Virus record (IMG/VR): IMGVR_UViG_3300035670_000065
Location: 1-64,000 of that record
Source: a virus
Strand: one strand, 5' to 3'
DNA: 64,000 bases
Every line of letters begins with the position of its first letter. Positions within the stretch are counted from its first letter, which is position 1. The translations under genes and the position numbers were made by a program. Under the pieces are notes generated by a model. That model was not told the DNA's origin. It did not search any database and saw only the letters and a program-made list of their open reading frames with translations. Below, piece after piece: positions 18,010 through 27,966 of this stretch.

Positions 18010-19777
18010 CCTATTTTCCTATGGCCGGGATAACGTAGTTGACTTTAATAATACCCCTATCGTACAGTTAGTAGGTAAGAATGGCCATGGAAAGAGTTCT
18101 ATTGCTCTAGTACTAGAAGAAGTCCTGTATAATAAGAACTCCAAGGGTATCAAGAAGGCGGATATTCTTAATAGAAATACTAAGGATAAATCCTATAGTA
18201 TAGAACTGGACTTTGAAAAAGATGGTGAAGAGTATAAGATACAGACGTCAAGGGGTTCCACGCAAACTGTTACTCTTTATAAAGGCACTGATAACATTAG
18301 TGCACATACTGCTACGGTTACTTTCAAACTCCTTGAAGACATTATTGGTTTCGACCATAAGACGTTTGCTCAATTAGTATACCAGAGTAGCGGGTCTAGT
18401 TTAGAGTTTCTAACTGCTACAGATACTAACCGTAAGAAGTTTCTGATTGATCTTCTGAACCTTACTAAATACGTTGAAGCACACGAAATCTTTAAAAAAG
18501 TAGGTAAAGAAGTAGAGCTAGAGCTGGCTGCCGTTACTGCTAAGATTGGGACTACGCAGGCATGGTTAGACAAGAACTCTAAGGTTGATCTAACTCCTAG
18601 AGCTACTGAAGGTGTTCCAGTACTAGATCAGAGTATTCCTAAGGAACTTGGAGCAGTTGAAGCTGAGTTGAGGAATATTGATGATACTAATAGACGTATT
18701 GCTAAGAACAATATCCACATTAAGCAGCTTAAAGCTATCGACCCTACGGAGCTAACTAAAGTAATTGATGAAGATACCGATACCACTAAGATTAGTGGAG
18801 ATAAAGGTGGGCATCAACAAACTATCAAGATTGCTAATGCCTTAATTAGTAAGATCGAGGGGCTTAACGGAACCTGTCCTACTTGTATGCAGCCAGTAGA
18901 TAGGGACAAGTTGCTAGAGATTATGGAAGAGCAGCAGATCCTAAAGCGCGACGCTGCACTAGCTATATCTAAAATTGACACGATAATATCGGAACGAAAT
19001 GCTCTTAGAGCAGAACGTGATCGCCTCGTAAAGATGAAACAAGAGTGGGAATACCTACACTCTCAGATTAGTAAGACTCTACCAGTAGATGCTATTGACG
19101 GTGCGCAGTTAGAGAAGCGTATAGCCGAATTAAAAGTTATTATATTTGATAACGAGCAAGAAGTTAATAGAATTCTAGCACTTAACGAGAAAACCCATAC
19201 GCACAACTCTAGGGTTGAAGTTATTAAATCCCAGATGGAGAGTATGCGTAAAGAGTTAGCTGAGTATAGTGAATCTTTAGCAATTCTGACTGAGAAGTTA
19301 AACATCATTCAGGTTCTGCAGAAAACATTTAGTACTAATGGTCTCATTGCATATAAGATTGAGTGCTTAGTCAAGGATCTTGAGGATTTAGCTAATCAGT
19401 ATCTAGCTGACCTAAGTGGTGGTAGATTCCAACTAATGTTTAAGGTAAGTTCTGGAGATAAACTAAATGTCATTATCAATGATAATGGTCGCGATATTGA
19501 TATTCTGGCTCTTAGTGGTGGGGAGCGTGCTCGGGTTAACACTGCTACTCTTCTCGCTATCCGAAAACTCATGCAGTCATTATCTAACGCGCGTATTAAC
19601 CTCCTCGTCCTTGATGAAACGGTGGACGCATTAGACGTTGACGGCAAGGAAAAGCTGGTAGAAGTTCTACTAAAGGAAGAACACCTTAATACGTTCCTAA
19701 TTTCACATGGATTTACACATCCTTTACTAGAGAAGATCCTAGTGATCAAAGAACATAATATATCGAGGCTAGAATGA
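17978..19777 (+). CDS. D13: SbcC/Rad50-like SMC ATPase (T5 D13)
   Basis: GKNGHGKSS, CPTC zinc hook, coiled coil, LSGGE, LVLDE, ISH. Confidence 0.95.
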   Translation: MITLKTLKWSNLFSYGRDNVVDFNNTPIVQLVGKNGHGKSSIALVLEEVLYNKNSKGIKKADILNRNTKDKSYSIELDFEKDGEEYKIQTSRGSTQTVTLYKGTDNISAHTATVTFKLLEDIIGFDHKTFAQLVYQSSGSSLEFLTATDTNRKKFLIDLLNLTKYVEAHEIFKKVGKEVELELAAVTAKIGTTQAWLDKNSKVDLTPRATEGVPVLDQSIPKELGAVEAELRNIDDTNRRIAKNNIHIKQLKAIDPTELTKVIDEDTDTTKISGDKGGHQQTIKIANALISKIEGLNGTCPTCMQPVDRDKLLEIMEEQQILKRDAALAISKIDTIISERNALRAERDRLVKMKQEWEYLHSQISKTLPVDAIDGAQLEKRIAELKVIIFDNEQEVNRILALNEKTHTHNSRVEVIKSQMESMRKELAEYSESLAILTEKLNIIQVLQKTFSTNGLIAYKIECLVKDLEDLANQYLADLSGGRFQLMFKVSSGDKLNVIINDNGRDIDILALSGGERARVNTATLLAIRKLMQSLSNARINLLVLDETVDALDVDGKEKLVEVLLKEEHLNTFLISHGFTHPLLEKILVIKEHNISRLE

Positions 19778-20475
19778 GCTGTCAAATATGTGGCAGTAAA
19801 CTCAAGTCTCTTGGTACTATCCCCTTTGATAAGAACGGCGCAAATGTGGAAATAGTTGACGATACTCCCTTCGAGTATCATCAATGCACCGAGTGTTCGG
19901 CTATATTCTGTTTAGAGATGCTTACATGGTCTAGTGAGAAATTTAGTGAGAAAGTGTATAATGCGGATTATGTAAAGATAGACCCCGCCTATCTAGATGA
20001 AAGACCTATTAACTATGCAGATTTTCTAAATAAACATTTGGGACCTCTGAAGAAGTATAAACACTTAGACTACGGTTGTGGTGCCGGAATTATGTGTAAA
20101 ATACTCAGGGAAAAGGGGTGGGATTCAGTAGGATATGATCCATTTTCTCACAATGTTCCGCCCAATGAGAAGTTTAAATTTATTACGGCTATTGAAGTGA
20201 TAGAGCATAGCCAAGACCTAGATAAGACTATTAAAGATGTGAAGCAGTATCTACATAGAGACGGAGTCTTTTTATTCTCCACTTTACTAGCAGATAGAAA
20301 AACTGATATAGACTGGTGGTACTTATGTGTTCGCGGAGGACATATAAATATTCAGTCAGAAAAATCCCTAAAAATAGTAGCTAAAAATAACGGGATGTCC
20401 TTTTCTAGTTTAGCTGACAATGTACATATTATGCAGAGAACTAGAAATAATTTGAAAGGACTGTTTCATGGTTGA
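19774..20475 (+). CDS. Class I SAM-dependent methyltransferase with N-terminal zinc site
   Basis: CQICG...CTEC, HLDYGCGAG, GYDPF, AIEVIEH, GHIN. Confidence 0.85.
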   Translation: MSCQICGSKLKSLGTIPFDKNGANVEIVDDTPFEYHQCTECSAIFCLEMLTWSSEKFSEKVYNADYVKIDPAYLDERPINYADFLNKHLGPLKKYKHLDYGCGAGIMCKILREKGWDSVGYDPFSHNVPPNEKFKFITAIEVIEHSQDLDKTIKDVKQYLHRDGVFLFSTLLADRKTDIDWWYLCVRGGHINIQSEKSLKIVAKNNGMSFSSLADNVHIMQRTRNNLKGLFHG

Positions 20476-20920
20476 CCCTAGGGCTAAGGGGGCTAGAGGG
20501 GAGCAGGACGCTTTAAAGGTTTTGAAGGCTTATGATGGTAATAACTGGCAGAGAATTCCCCTGTCAGGAGCACTTGATGCAGCGCACGGACTTAAAGGTG
20601 ATCTATATGTTCCCAATACCCTAAACATATACTGTGTAGAAGTTAAAAACTACGCAGACGATCACCTTACTTCCAAGGTGTTAACGGACAAGACACCACA
20701 GTTACAAACCTGGTGGGAACAAACTATCAGGGAAGCCGCCCAGGTTAGTAGAAAACCTCTCTTGATTTATAAGTTCAATCGGAGTAAAATGTTCTGTGCG
20801 TTTAAAGAAATGCCGAATTATTCAAACTATAATTGGATGTACTTAAATATGAACGGACACGAGTTATACACCTCTAAACTAGACGATTGGTTAAAATATG
20901 AAAATCCTCGCTTTGTGTAG
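20468..20920 (+). CDS. D14: D14-like Holliday junction resolvase (PD-(D/E)xK)
   Basis: RAKGARGE, RIPLSGA, KGDL, VEVK, WWEQT. Confidence 0.88.
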   Translation: MVDPRAKGARGEQDALKVLKAYDGNNWQRIPLSGALDAAHGLKGDLYVPNTLNIYCVEVKNYADDHLTSKVLTDKTPQLQTWWEQTIREAAQVSRKPLLIYKFNRSKMFCAFKEMPNYSNYNWMYLNMNGHELYTSKLDDWLKYENPRFV

Positions 20921-21089
20921 TGCTTTACTTCTATTAGGATGTAGTGATGCTATTGTACATGTTTATCCAGATAAATGTAGGTTAATAGCTTCAGAAGGTT
21001 CAGATACACGGGTTAGCATATCCCAATATAAGGGAAAAGAACCGGGAGAATATAAGTGTGAGATTACTATTCAAAAGGATACTAAGTGA
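20898..21089 (+). CDS. Putative lipoprotein
   Basis: Signal peptide with an LLLGC lipobox. Confidence 0.6.
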   Translation: MKILALCSALLLLGCSDAIVHVYPDKCRLIASEGSDTRVSISQYKGKEPGEYKCEITIQKDTK

Positions 21090-21340
21090 AACGACATTTA
21101 GGATGTTTTGCAATAAATATTAAACTGCTGGAGGACATGCCAGAGGTTTTAATGAAAGACCTATTCTCTAAGATGTTAATTATTAGGGCAGAACATATGT
21201 TGGATAGAAACGCTATTTTATACATAGCGTATTCTCCTGAACACTTTCCTGAATTAGTAGCTGAAGGATCGAAGGCCCCTCTATATATGGTGCAAATTAA
21301 TGAATTCGGAGATTTAAGTATGGTAAAGTTAGATGAGTAA
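21086..21340 (+). CDS. Hypothetical protein
   Basis: 84-aa ORF coupled to both neighbours. Confidence 0.6.
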   Translation: MKRHLGCFAINIKLLEDMPEVLMKDLFSKMLIIRAEHMLDRNAILYIAYSPEHFPELVAEGSKAPLYMVQINEFGDLSMVKLDE

Positions 21341-22181
21341 GTCATTTGATAGGATCGCAGAGTTAGATAGTGGCACACTAATGATAGTGGACGGGCTTAA
21401 CTTAGCCTTTAGATATAAGCACGCTAAGTCCGAGGAGTTTGTAGATGACTACATTAAAGTAGTAGAGAGCCTCAAACGCTCCTACAAGGCTAGTAAAGTA
21501 ATTATCGCGTGTGATAAAGGTAGCTCTAGTTATCGCAAAGCGATCTACCCTGAGTATAAGCAAAATCGCAAAGATAAGTTCGAGAATCAAACTGAGCAGG
21601 AAAAAGAAGAGTTCGAGAAGTTCTTCAAAGAGTTTGAAGCTACAATGTTGCAAATCAGTACTATTTATCCAGTATTTCGATATGAAGGTACAGAAGCTGA
21701 TGATATTGCAGCATATATTGTAAAAAGCATTAAGAAGTACCCCAATATAACTAACATCTGGTTAATAAGTTCTGACAAGGATTGGGATCTTTTAGTAAAT
21801 GAGTACACTTCTAGGTTCTCATACGTTACTAGAAAAGAGACTACACTAGATAACTGGAACACACATTATGATTGTGATATTGCGGACTATATCTCCATCA
21901 AGTGTCTAAATGGTGACTCCGGAGATAATGTTAAAGGAGTAGAAGGGGTAGGACCAAAACGTGCCTTAGACCTAGTTAAGGAATATGGGAGTGCGTTTGA
22001 TATTGCCGCAGCTATTCCGATTCAAAGTAAGTACAAATACATTCAGTCCCTAAATCAGTGCAAAGATCGCATTCTACTCAATTACGAGTTGATGGATCTT
22101 CTAACTTACTGTGATGATGCATTAGGCGACAACGTTTCTAAGATAGATCAAGTTTTGGAGAACTATATTGGCAATTCATAA
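21333..22181 (+). CDS. D15: 5'-3' exonuclease / flap endonuclease (T5 D15)
   Basis: IVDGLNLAFR, YRKAIYPEYKQNR, EADD, SSDKDW, GDSGDNVKGVEGVGPK. Confidence 0.96.
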   Translation: MSKSFDRIAELDSGTLMIVDGLNLAFRYKHAKSEEFVDDYIKVVESLKRSYKASKVIIACDKGSSSYRKAIYPEYKQNRKDKFENQTEQEKEEFEKFFKEFEATMLQISTIYPVFRYEGTEADDIAAYIVKSIKKYPNITNIWLISSDKDWDLLVNEYTSRFSYVTRKETTLDNWNTHYDCDIADYISIKCLNGDSGDNVKGVEGVGPKRALDLVKEYGSAFDIAAAIPIQSKYKYIQSLNQCKDRILLNYELMDLLTYCDDALGDNVSKIDQVLENYIGNS

Positions 22182-22323
22182 TTATCATTGTGGTAAATGC
22201 GGAACAACTCGTATGTTGGAACGCCTTCCTGGAACCGTAGCATCTAAAGTACTCTGCCCTAAGTGTAAAACTAATATGACAAGGATAAATAATGTCAGTA
22301 GAAATAAAGATACTAGACCCTAA
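22168..22323 (+). CDS. Small zinc-ribbon protein (FmdB-like, 51 aa, not in ORF track)
   Basis: GGAG RBS, TTG start, MAIHNYHCGKCG...CPKCKTNMTRI. Confidence 0.6.
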   Translation: MAIHNYHCGKCGTTRMLERLPGTVASKVLCPKCKTNMTRINNVSRNKDTRP

Positions 22324-22750
22324 ATTGGAGAGGGAGGACCTTCTTCCCAATTACGCAACTCCGGATTCTGCCGGATTTGACTTAGTTGCCGCAATTCAGG
22401 ATAAAGTGGAGATTGCGCCGTTTCAAGTTAAACTGATCCCTTGCGGAATTGCTATCAATATGCAGACACACCCACAGGATATGGTAGCTTTTCTGCTTCC
22501 TAGGTCTGGTAAGGGCCATAAAGAAGGTAAAGTCCTAGGTAACCTAGTAGGTGTAATCGACCAGGATTATCATGGGCAGCTAATGGTCTCTCTATGGAAC
22601 CGTAACTCTGAGGTCTACGTCACAATCGAGCCTTACGAGCGTTTTGCGCAGTTGGTATTCTTACCTATTATTAAGCCCCTAATGCGGGTTGTTGATGAAT
22701 TCTCCACTATTAGCATTAGGGGTGGTGGCGGTTTTGGGAGCACAGGATAA
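22292..22750 (+). CDS. dut: Trimeric dUTPase
   Basis: SAGFDL, PRSG, GVIDQDYHG, RFAQL, RGGGGFGSTG. Confidence 0.96.
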   Translation: MSVEIKILDPKLEREDLLPNYATPDSAGFDLVAAIQDKVEIAPFQVKLIPCGIAINMQTHPQDMVAFLLPRSGKGHKEGKVLGNLVGVIDQDYHGQLMVSLWNRNSEVYVTIEPYERFAQLVFLPIIKPLMRVVDEFSTISIRGGGGFGSTG

Positions 22751-22989
22751 TGAGTGTAGTTTTGACAGTTTACTCAACTAATAGCTGTACTTACTGTAGT
22801 CGGCTAAAGCAGGATATTCTAAATGTAGGCTTACAGTACATTGAGATCAACCTCGATAAGAATCCAGAAATTAAGAAGAAGATGGTAGATGCGGGTCATC
22901 GTAGTGTGCCCATTCTTTTCAAAGACGAAACACACATTGCTACGGGGTATGATAACGCTAAAGCGTATATCCGAACATGGCAAAAGTAA
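22750..22989 (+). CDS. Glutaredoxin / NrdH-like redoxin
   Basis: VYSTNSCTYC, RSVP, GY. Confidence 0.9.
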   Translation: MSVVLTVYSTNSCTYCSRLKQDILNVGLQYIEINLDKNPEIKKKMVDAGHRSVPILFKDETHIATGYDNAKAYIRTWQK

Positions 22990-23267
22990 TCTGCATACAT
23001 CTTAGCGGAGAAACTGAAGTCATTGGTGTTGTAGAAGAAGAGGGTGAAGATTATGTAGCTATTTCTTCAGTACGAAGAATAGTACAAACCATGGAAGGTA
23101 ATAACCTAATGGTTCACTTCGTACCTTTTAACACCGGTGATCTGGATGTACCTATAGATATTGACTACGGATACATCCTAGCCATGTACGTTCCAGATAC
23201 AGACTTCCTAGCAAACTATTACAAACAAACTGTAGGCGCAGACGTTGCCACAACTATTGGAGTATAA
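22977..23267 (+). CDS. Hypothetical protein (possibly Sm-like fold)
   Basis: 96 aa, LSGETEVIG...YYKQT pattern. Confidence 0.6.
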   Translation: MAKVICIHLSGETEVIGVVEEEGEDYVAISSVRRIVQTMEGNNLMVHFVPFNTGDLDVPIDIDYGYILAMYVPDTDFLANYYKQTVGADVATTIGV

Positions 23268-23480
23268 ATGCTAAAGTTATGTAGAGAGTGTAAGTACAGT
23301 GTAAAAGTTCCAAATGATTACGGACTACGTTGCGCGAGCCCGGAAGTAAACTCTAGCGATCCGTGGGCTCTGTCTTCAAGTAAGGAGTGGGCATTTACGG
23401 ACTGTAGGGCTGAAAGGGGGCGTAAGTGGTTTGCTGTTTGTGGTATAAAGGGAAAGAAATGGGAGAAAAAAGTTGACTAG
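23268..23480 (+). CDS. Cysteine-rich hypothetical protein
   Basis: CRECKY...C...CRAER...CGIKGKKWE; GGAG RBS. Confidence 0.65.
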   Translation: MLKLCRECKYSVKVPNDYGLRCASPEVNSSDPWALSSSKEWAFTDCRAERGRKWFAVCGIKGKKWEKKVD

Positions 23481-25494
23481 CACACGTGCACAGGTTGTAA
23501 CACGTAGAACGTACTGCCGACCTAAGAATGAGGAAGGCACAGAATTTGAAACATGGGATGAGGTAATAGAGCGAGTTATTCAGCATCAACGTTGGTTATG
23601 GGAACGTGCACTAACTCACAAGCTAATGCCTGAAATGCCTCTGAAAGATGTGACGGAGGATCTGAATGAGTGGCAATACTTGGACAAAGATCAAGAGCTG
23701 GAGCTCGAAAAACTTCGAACTCTCATGCTTAATAGAAAAGTGGCTCCCGCTGGCCGCACTCTTTGGCTCGGTGGGACTGATATTGGTAAGCGTGTTGAGC
23801 TATCACAATTTAATTGCTGCTTCGTCTCGGTTCGTACTGTATATGATGTTGTTGATTTTTTCTGGGGGCTTCTTAATGGGGCTGGTGTTACTGGTCTTAC
23901 TGAAGCCGGAACACTTACGGGATTTAGGCATAAAATCGAAGAACTAGAGATTATCCGTACAAAACGCGGACCCTACGAGAAGGGGCCAGAGGATAATAAT
24001 GAAAGCTGGAATTCTCATACCTCAACATGGGTTATAAAGGTAGGTGACAGTGCTAAAGCATGGGCTAAATCCATTGGTAAGCTATTAGCTGGTAAGTATC
24101 CAGCAAAGAAACTAGTACTAGACTTTAGTAATATTAGAGGGCCAGGTGCTAGACTAAAGAATTACGGTTGGCTATCTCAATCAGATACTGGTTTGAGCAA
24201 CGCGTATGAGAAAATATTTCACATACTAAATGCCAAAGCTGACTCAATACTAACAGAGATTGATATTGGAGATATTATCAATCTACTTGGAACAGTTCTT
24301 AGCACACGTCGCGCGGCTGAGGCACTTCTTATGCATAAGGAGAATCCTCGTTGGCGCGAATTTGCTAAACTTAAGCAAGGTATGTGGGAGGAAGGTAACT
24401 CTCACAGAGCTCAAAGTAACAACTCGCTCCTATTCTATAATAAGCCCACAAAAACCGAGTTAGCCGAGTTTTTTGAAATGATTAATAGAGGCGGAAATGG
24501 GGAGCCGGGGTTAGTAAATGCTAAGAATATGGTTAGTAGGGCTCCATGGGCTAAAGGTCTAAACCCCTGCTTCGAAATCTTACTAGCTGATGGTAATACA
24601 TGTAATTTGGTAACTATTGATCTAGCTAAGTTTAAGAATGATACTGAAGGTTTACTGGAGGCAGCAAAACTGATTGCTAGGGCTAATTATCGTCAAACTG
24701 TAGTAGATTTTCGTGATGACGTCCTGCAAGAGAAGTGGCATCTTAATAATGAGCATCTACATCTATGCGGGGTAAGCATGATGGGCGTAGCTGCTAGACC
24801 AGATATGCAGCCATATGACTTTGCTAAGCTAGAACGAATGATCGTGCATGCAGGATATAGCATGGCGGAAGAGTTGGGGACACCCTACCCTAAGAATTTA
24901 ACCTGTATGAAGCCAGAGGGTACAATTTCTAAATGTTACGATAGTACAGAGGGTATGCATAAGCCTCTTGGTAAGTATATATTTAATAATATAGCTTTTT
25001 CCGTATATGACCCCCTAGTTAAAGTATTACAGGAAGCTGGGTATAAGTATATAGTGCATCCATATGACCCTACTGCCATATTAATAACTATGCCTGTACA
25101 GTACAGTGATGTAGAATTTGATATTGTAGATGGTAAAGAGGTTAACCTAGAGTCGGCTTTGGATCAGTTAGAACGCTATAAGATGCTTATGCAGAACTAT
25201 TCTCAACAAAATGTAAGTTGCACTATCTCATATTCCTTAGAAGAAACAGAGGAAATTGTTGACTGGCTCTATACAAATTGGGACCAATATGTAGCGGTAG
25301 CTTTCCTATTTAGAAACGATCCAACTAAAACCGCTGCAGATTTAGGATACCCCTACCTCCCACAAGAAGTAGTTGATAAAGATACTTATTCAGCTTATGT
25401 TAAAGAGTTAAAAGAAGTAAATTTAGAGGGGGTTAGCATTGATGATACTATCCTAGAGTCAGACTGTTCGGGAGGTTCCTGTCCAATAAGGTAA
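23473..25494 (+). CDS. nrdJ: Class II (adenosylcobalamin) ribonucleotide reductase, monomeric RTPR-like
   Basis: RRTYCR...ETW, PAGRTLW, FNC, NPCFEI, TCNL, KPEGT, C-terminal CSGGSCPIR; no nrdB partner nearby. Confidence 0.92.
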   Translation: MTSTRAQVVTRRTYCRPKNEEGTEFETWDEVIERVIQHQRWLWERALTHKLMPEMPLKDVTEDLNEWQYLDKDQELELEKLRTLMLNRKVAPAGRTLWLGGTDIGKRVELSQFNCCFVSVRTVYDVVDFFWGLLNGAGVTGLTEAGTLTGFRHKIEELEIIRTKRGPYEKGPEDNNESWNSHTSTWVIKVGDSAKAWAKSIGKLLAGKYPAKKLVLDFSNIRGPGARLKNYGWLSQSDTGLSNAYEKIFHILNAKADSILTEIDIGDIINLLGTVLSTRRAAEALLMHKENPRWREFAKLKQGMWEEGNSHRAQSNNSLLFYNKPTKTELAEFFEMINRGGNGEPGLVNAKNMVSRAPWAKGLNPCFEILLADGNTCNLVTIDLAKFKNDTEGLLEAAKLIARANYRQTVVDFRDDVLQEKWHLNNEHLHLCGVSMMGVAARPDMQPYDFAKLERMIVHAGYSMAEELGTPYPKNLTCMKPEGTISKCYDSTEGMHKPLGKYIFNNIAFSVYDPLVKVLQEAGYKYIVHPYDPTAILITMPVQYSDVEFDIVDGKEVNLESALDQLERYKMLMQNYSQQNVSCTISYSLEETEEIVDWLYTNWDQYVAVAFLFRNDPTKTAADLGYPYLPQEVVDKDTYSAYVKELKEVNLEGVSIDDTILESDCSGGSCPIR

Positions 25495-25496
25495 AC

Positions 25497-25533
25497 AAAA
25501 AGCCCACACAGATTACTCTGTGTGGGCTTTTTT
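25497..25533. terminator. Rho-independent terminator, probably bidirectional
   Basis: AAAAAGCCCACACAGA-ttac-TCTGTGTGGGCTTTTTT, near the convergence of the + and - arms. Confidence 0.9.
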
Positions 25534-25555
25534 CATAGATATAAAATTTTTATAC

Positions 25556-25584
25556 TTGACAAGGATTCCTACCTGTGATATAAT
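25556..25584 (+). promoter_or_regulatory. Consensus sigma70 promoter for endonuclease copy 3
   Basis: TTGACA-17 nt-TATAAT with an AT-rich upstream element. Confidence 0.85.
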
Positions 25585-25609
25585 AGTACTTTAACTTGGA
25601 GAATATAAA

Positions 25610-26536
25610 ATGGAAGTAATAGAAGAATTGAAAACATCTGGTATATATGCTTTATTTTTTAATACTATTGATAATAAATACTATGTAGGCAGATCTATAC
25701 ATATTTGGGATAGATATGTAGATCATATACATCTATTAAAAACAGGTGGACACCATAACTATAAGTTAGTAAAAGCATATAAGGATTCACGAGAAAACCC
25801 GCAAATACATCTACTAGAAGAAATACTTCCAAATGACACAGAATATATTTCACAAAGAGAAATATATTGGATTAAAATACTTGAAGCATACACTAAGGGA
25901 TTTAATTTAACTGAAGGGGGGGAAGGTGCAGGATTTGGAGAAAACAGTCCTTCCGCCAAGTATGATAATGATACTTATGAAACTATATTTAAACTACTAG
26001 CGATAGGTGATTGGACATATAAAGAAATATCCGAAGAACTAGAAGTAGAACTTAGTATTGTAAATAGTATAGCCATAGGTACTAGTCATCGTTATTTACA
26101 GATAAAGTTTCCTGGGGAGTGGGAGAGCATACAGTATAGACACCTAAAAAGGTGGCATATTCATCCTGAAAATGTCTATGTAGACATTTTTAAAGAATTA
26201 GTTAATACTAATGTTAAATTTAATGTCCTAGCTCAAAAGTATGGGGTTAAGGACGGGGTTATCGAAGACATTGCTGCAGGTAACACCCATAAATACTTGT
26301 GTGACCTATTTCCGGAGGAATATGCAATTCTATTAAGTAAGAAGGGTAATAGAAGGGTGGGCCCGCAAAGTGGCCTCGAGTATCCTAAAGTTATATCCCC
26401 TGAGGGGGTAGTATACGATAGTATAAAGAATGCAGCTCAATTCTCAAGAGAACATGGGTTGCATCAAGGCCACTTCGGCGATTTACTTAGAGGAAAAGCT
26501 AAAAGTCATAAAGGTTGGAGAATTTATAAGGAGTAA
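25610..26536 (+). mobile_element. Free-standing GIY-YIG homing endonuclease (copy 3)
   Basis: SGIYAL...YYVGRS, REIYWI, GFNLTEGG, C-terminal KAKSHKGW; convergent 13-nt overlap with phoH. Confidence 0.9.
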
Positions 26537-27219
26537 GCCTGTAGTACCTTTTTACAAAGGCCAGATCTAACACAATCATTATCATGAAACTGAATTATAT
26601 CCACCTCAGGTAATCCCCCTAACCTATTAGAGGCATCCTCTAACCCATTAACATTTTTATCATCCCGTTGAGCTATATCGCCATTAATTACTAGCTTACT
26701 GTTCTCTCCTATACGGGTTAATAACAACTGCATTTGTATAGGAGTGGCGCTCTGCATTTCATCAGCCAGTATTAGGCAATTTTTAAAGCTTCTACCTCTC
26801 ATAAATGCTAAGGGTACAGGCTCTATGTACCCTACTTTTAGACAGTAGTCTAAAAAAGACTTACCAAGTAAGTCGCTAAACGTTTCTAAGTAGGGAGTCA
26901 TATAAGGTAGTAGTTTACCTTCAATTAGTTCCCCCGGTAGAAACCCCAGAGTCTCTCCGGCAGCTTCTACAGCAGGCCTAGTTAGTACCACCTTATCAAT
27001 GCGCTTATAGTACAGTTGCTCTGCTGCATAGGCCGTAGCTATATAGGTTTTACCTGTACCTGCGGATCCAATACCAAAAGTTATTTGGCATTTACGTATA
27101 GCTTCTAGATACTGCCCTTGGGCGTAGTTCTTAGCAACTATAGGTTCGAATCCGTTAATCTTAATTTGACTAGGAGTAACAGCAGGGGCCACTTTACGGG
27201 CCTTCTTAGAAGTTGACAT
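26524..27219 (-). CDS. phoH: PhoH-family ATPase
   Basis: GSAGTGKT, LTRPAVE, LGFLPG, PLAFMRGRSF, DEMQ, GDIAQ, VRSGL. Confidence 0.95.
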   Translation of the reverse strand: MSTSKKARKVAPAVTPSQIKINGFEPIVAKNYAQGQYLEAIRKCQITFGIGSAGTGKTYIATAYAAEQLYYKRIDKVVLTRPAVEAAGETLGFLPGELIEGKLLPYMTPYLETFSDLLGKSFLDYCLKVGYIEPVPLAFMRGRSFKNCLILADEMQSATPIQMQLLLTRIGENSKLVINGDIAQRDDKNVNGLEDASNRLGGLPEVDIIQFHDNDCVRSGLCKKVLQAYSL

Positions 27220-27220
27220 A

Positions 27221-27691
27221 TTATGCCTTTAGATACTCGGACTGGGAAAGCAGTCCTGACTTATACTTGAACCCTTGTGTATTCTTAAAGATAGTTAACG
27301 TCTGCTTTCGCCCACTAGGGTGAAAAGAGATATGCATCCAGCCTCCGTACTCGTGAATAATCTGATCAAAGCCAGTAGGGTGATAAAGTGCTTCTGCAAC
27401 CTTACATAGTTCTAAAACAGAACGGTGGGCACTTCTACAGTCTATAGCAAACCCAGTGGTATGGTGGGACGTATTACTCGAACCAGGTACTGCAGCATTA
27501 AGTCTCTGAGTACGTAACCAGCTAGTTACTATAATGGGTTCCTGTATATAGGCCCTAAGAGAGTCCAACTTAGCGGCAGCTATTTTCATATTCTCTAGCT
27601 GCTCAGGATTGGGGGTATTCTCAATACCTAGTCTAGCGGCGGTTTCTGAGAAAGTTGCTTCCTCTAAGGTAAAGTACTTGGAAATATTCAT
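27221..27691 (-). CDS. Endolysin, peptidase M15 family
   Basis: ISKYFTLEE, SWLR, SHHTTGFAID, FDQIIHE, WMHISF zinc ligands. Confidence 0.88.
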   Translation of the reverse strand: MNISKYFTLEEATFSETAARLGIENTPNPEQLENMKIAAAKLDSLRAYIQEPIIVTSWLRTQRLNAAVPGSSNTSHHTTGFAIDCRSAHRSVLELCKVAEALYHPTGFDQIIHEYGGWMHISFHPSGRKQTLTIFKNTQGFKYKSGLLSQSEYLKA

Positions 27692-27966
27692 TTAAGGTTT
27701 CCGAACTTTTTGATTAATCGGACATTGCCATTATGCATGTTACGACATTCTGCGTATATAATGGCATTATCTGCGGTTGTACTCATAATTGAATCAAACG
27801 TAACCTCTTGTTCGTCTGATAGCTTATGTAGAGGTTTGCAGTCCTCTAAATACCTAGGGTCAATAATCACTTCCTTCTCGGGTGGAGTTGTATCTTCACA
27901 TACTAATCTTTGTAGAGTAGTACATCCACTAAGAAAGACTAGAGCTATAATTATTAGATACTTCAT
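27688..27966 (-). CDS. O-spanin (Rz1-like lipoprotein)
   Basis: FLSGC lipobox, Pro/Cys content, YAECR..H; follows the i-spanin. Confidence 0.8.
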   Translation of the reverse strand: MKYLIIIALVFLSGCTTLQRLVCEDTTPPEKEVIIDPRYLEDCKPLHKLSDEQEVTFDSIMSTTADNAIIYAECRNMHNGNVRLIKKFGNLK

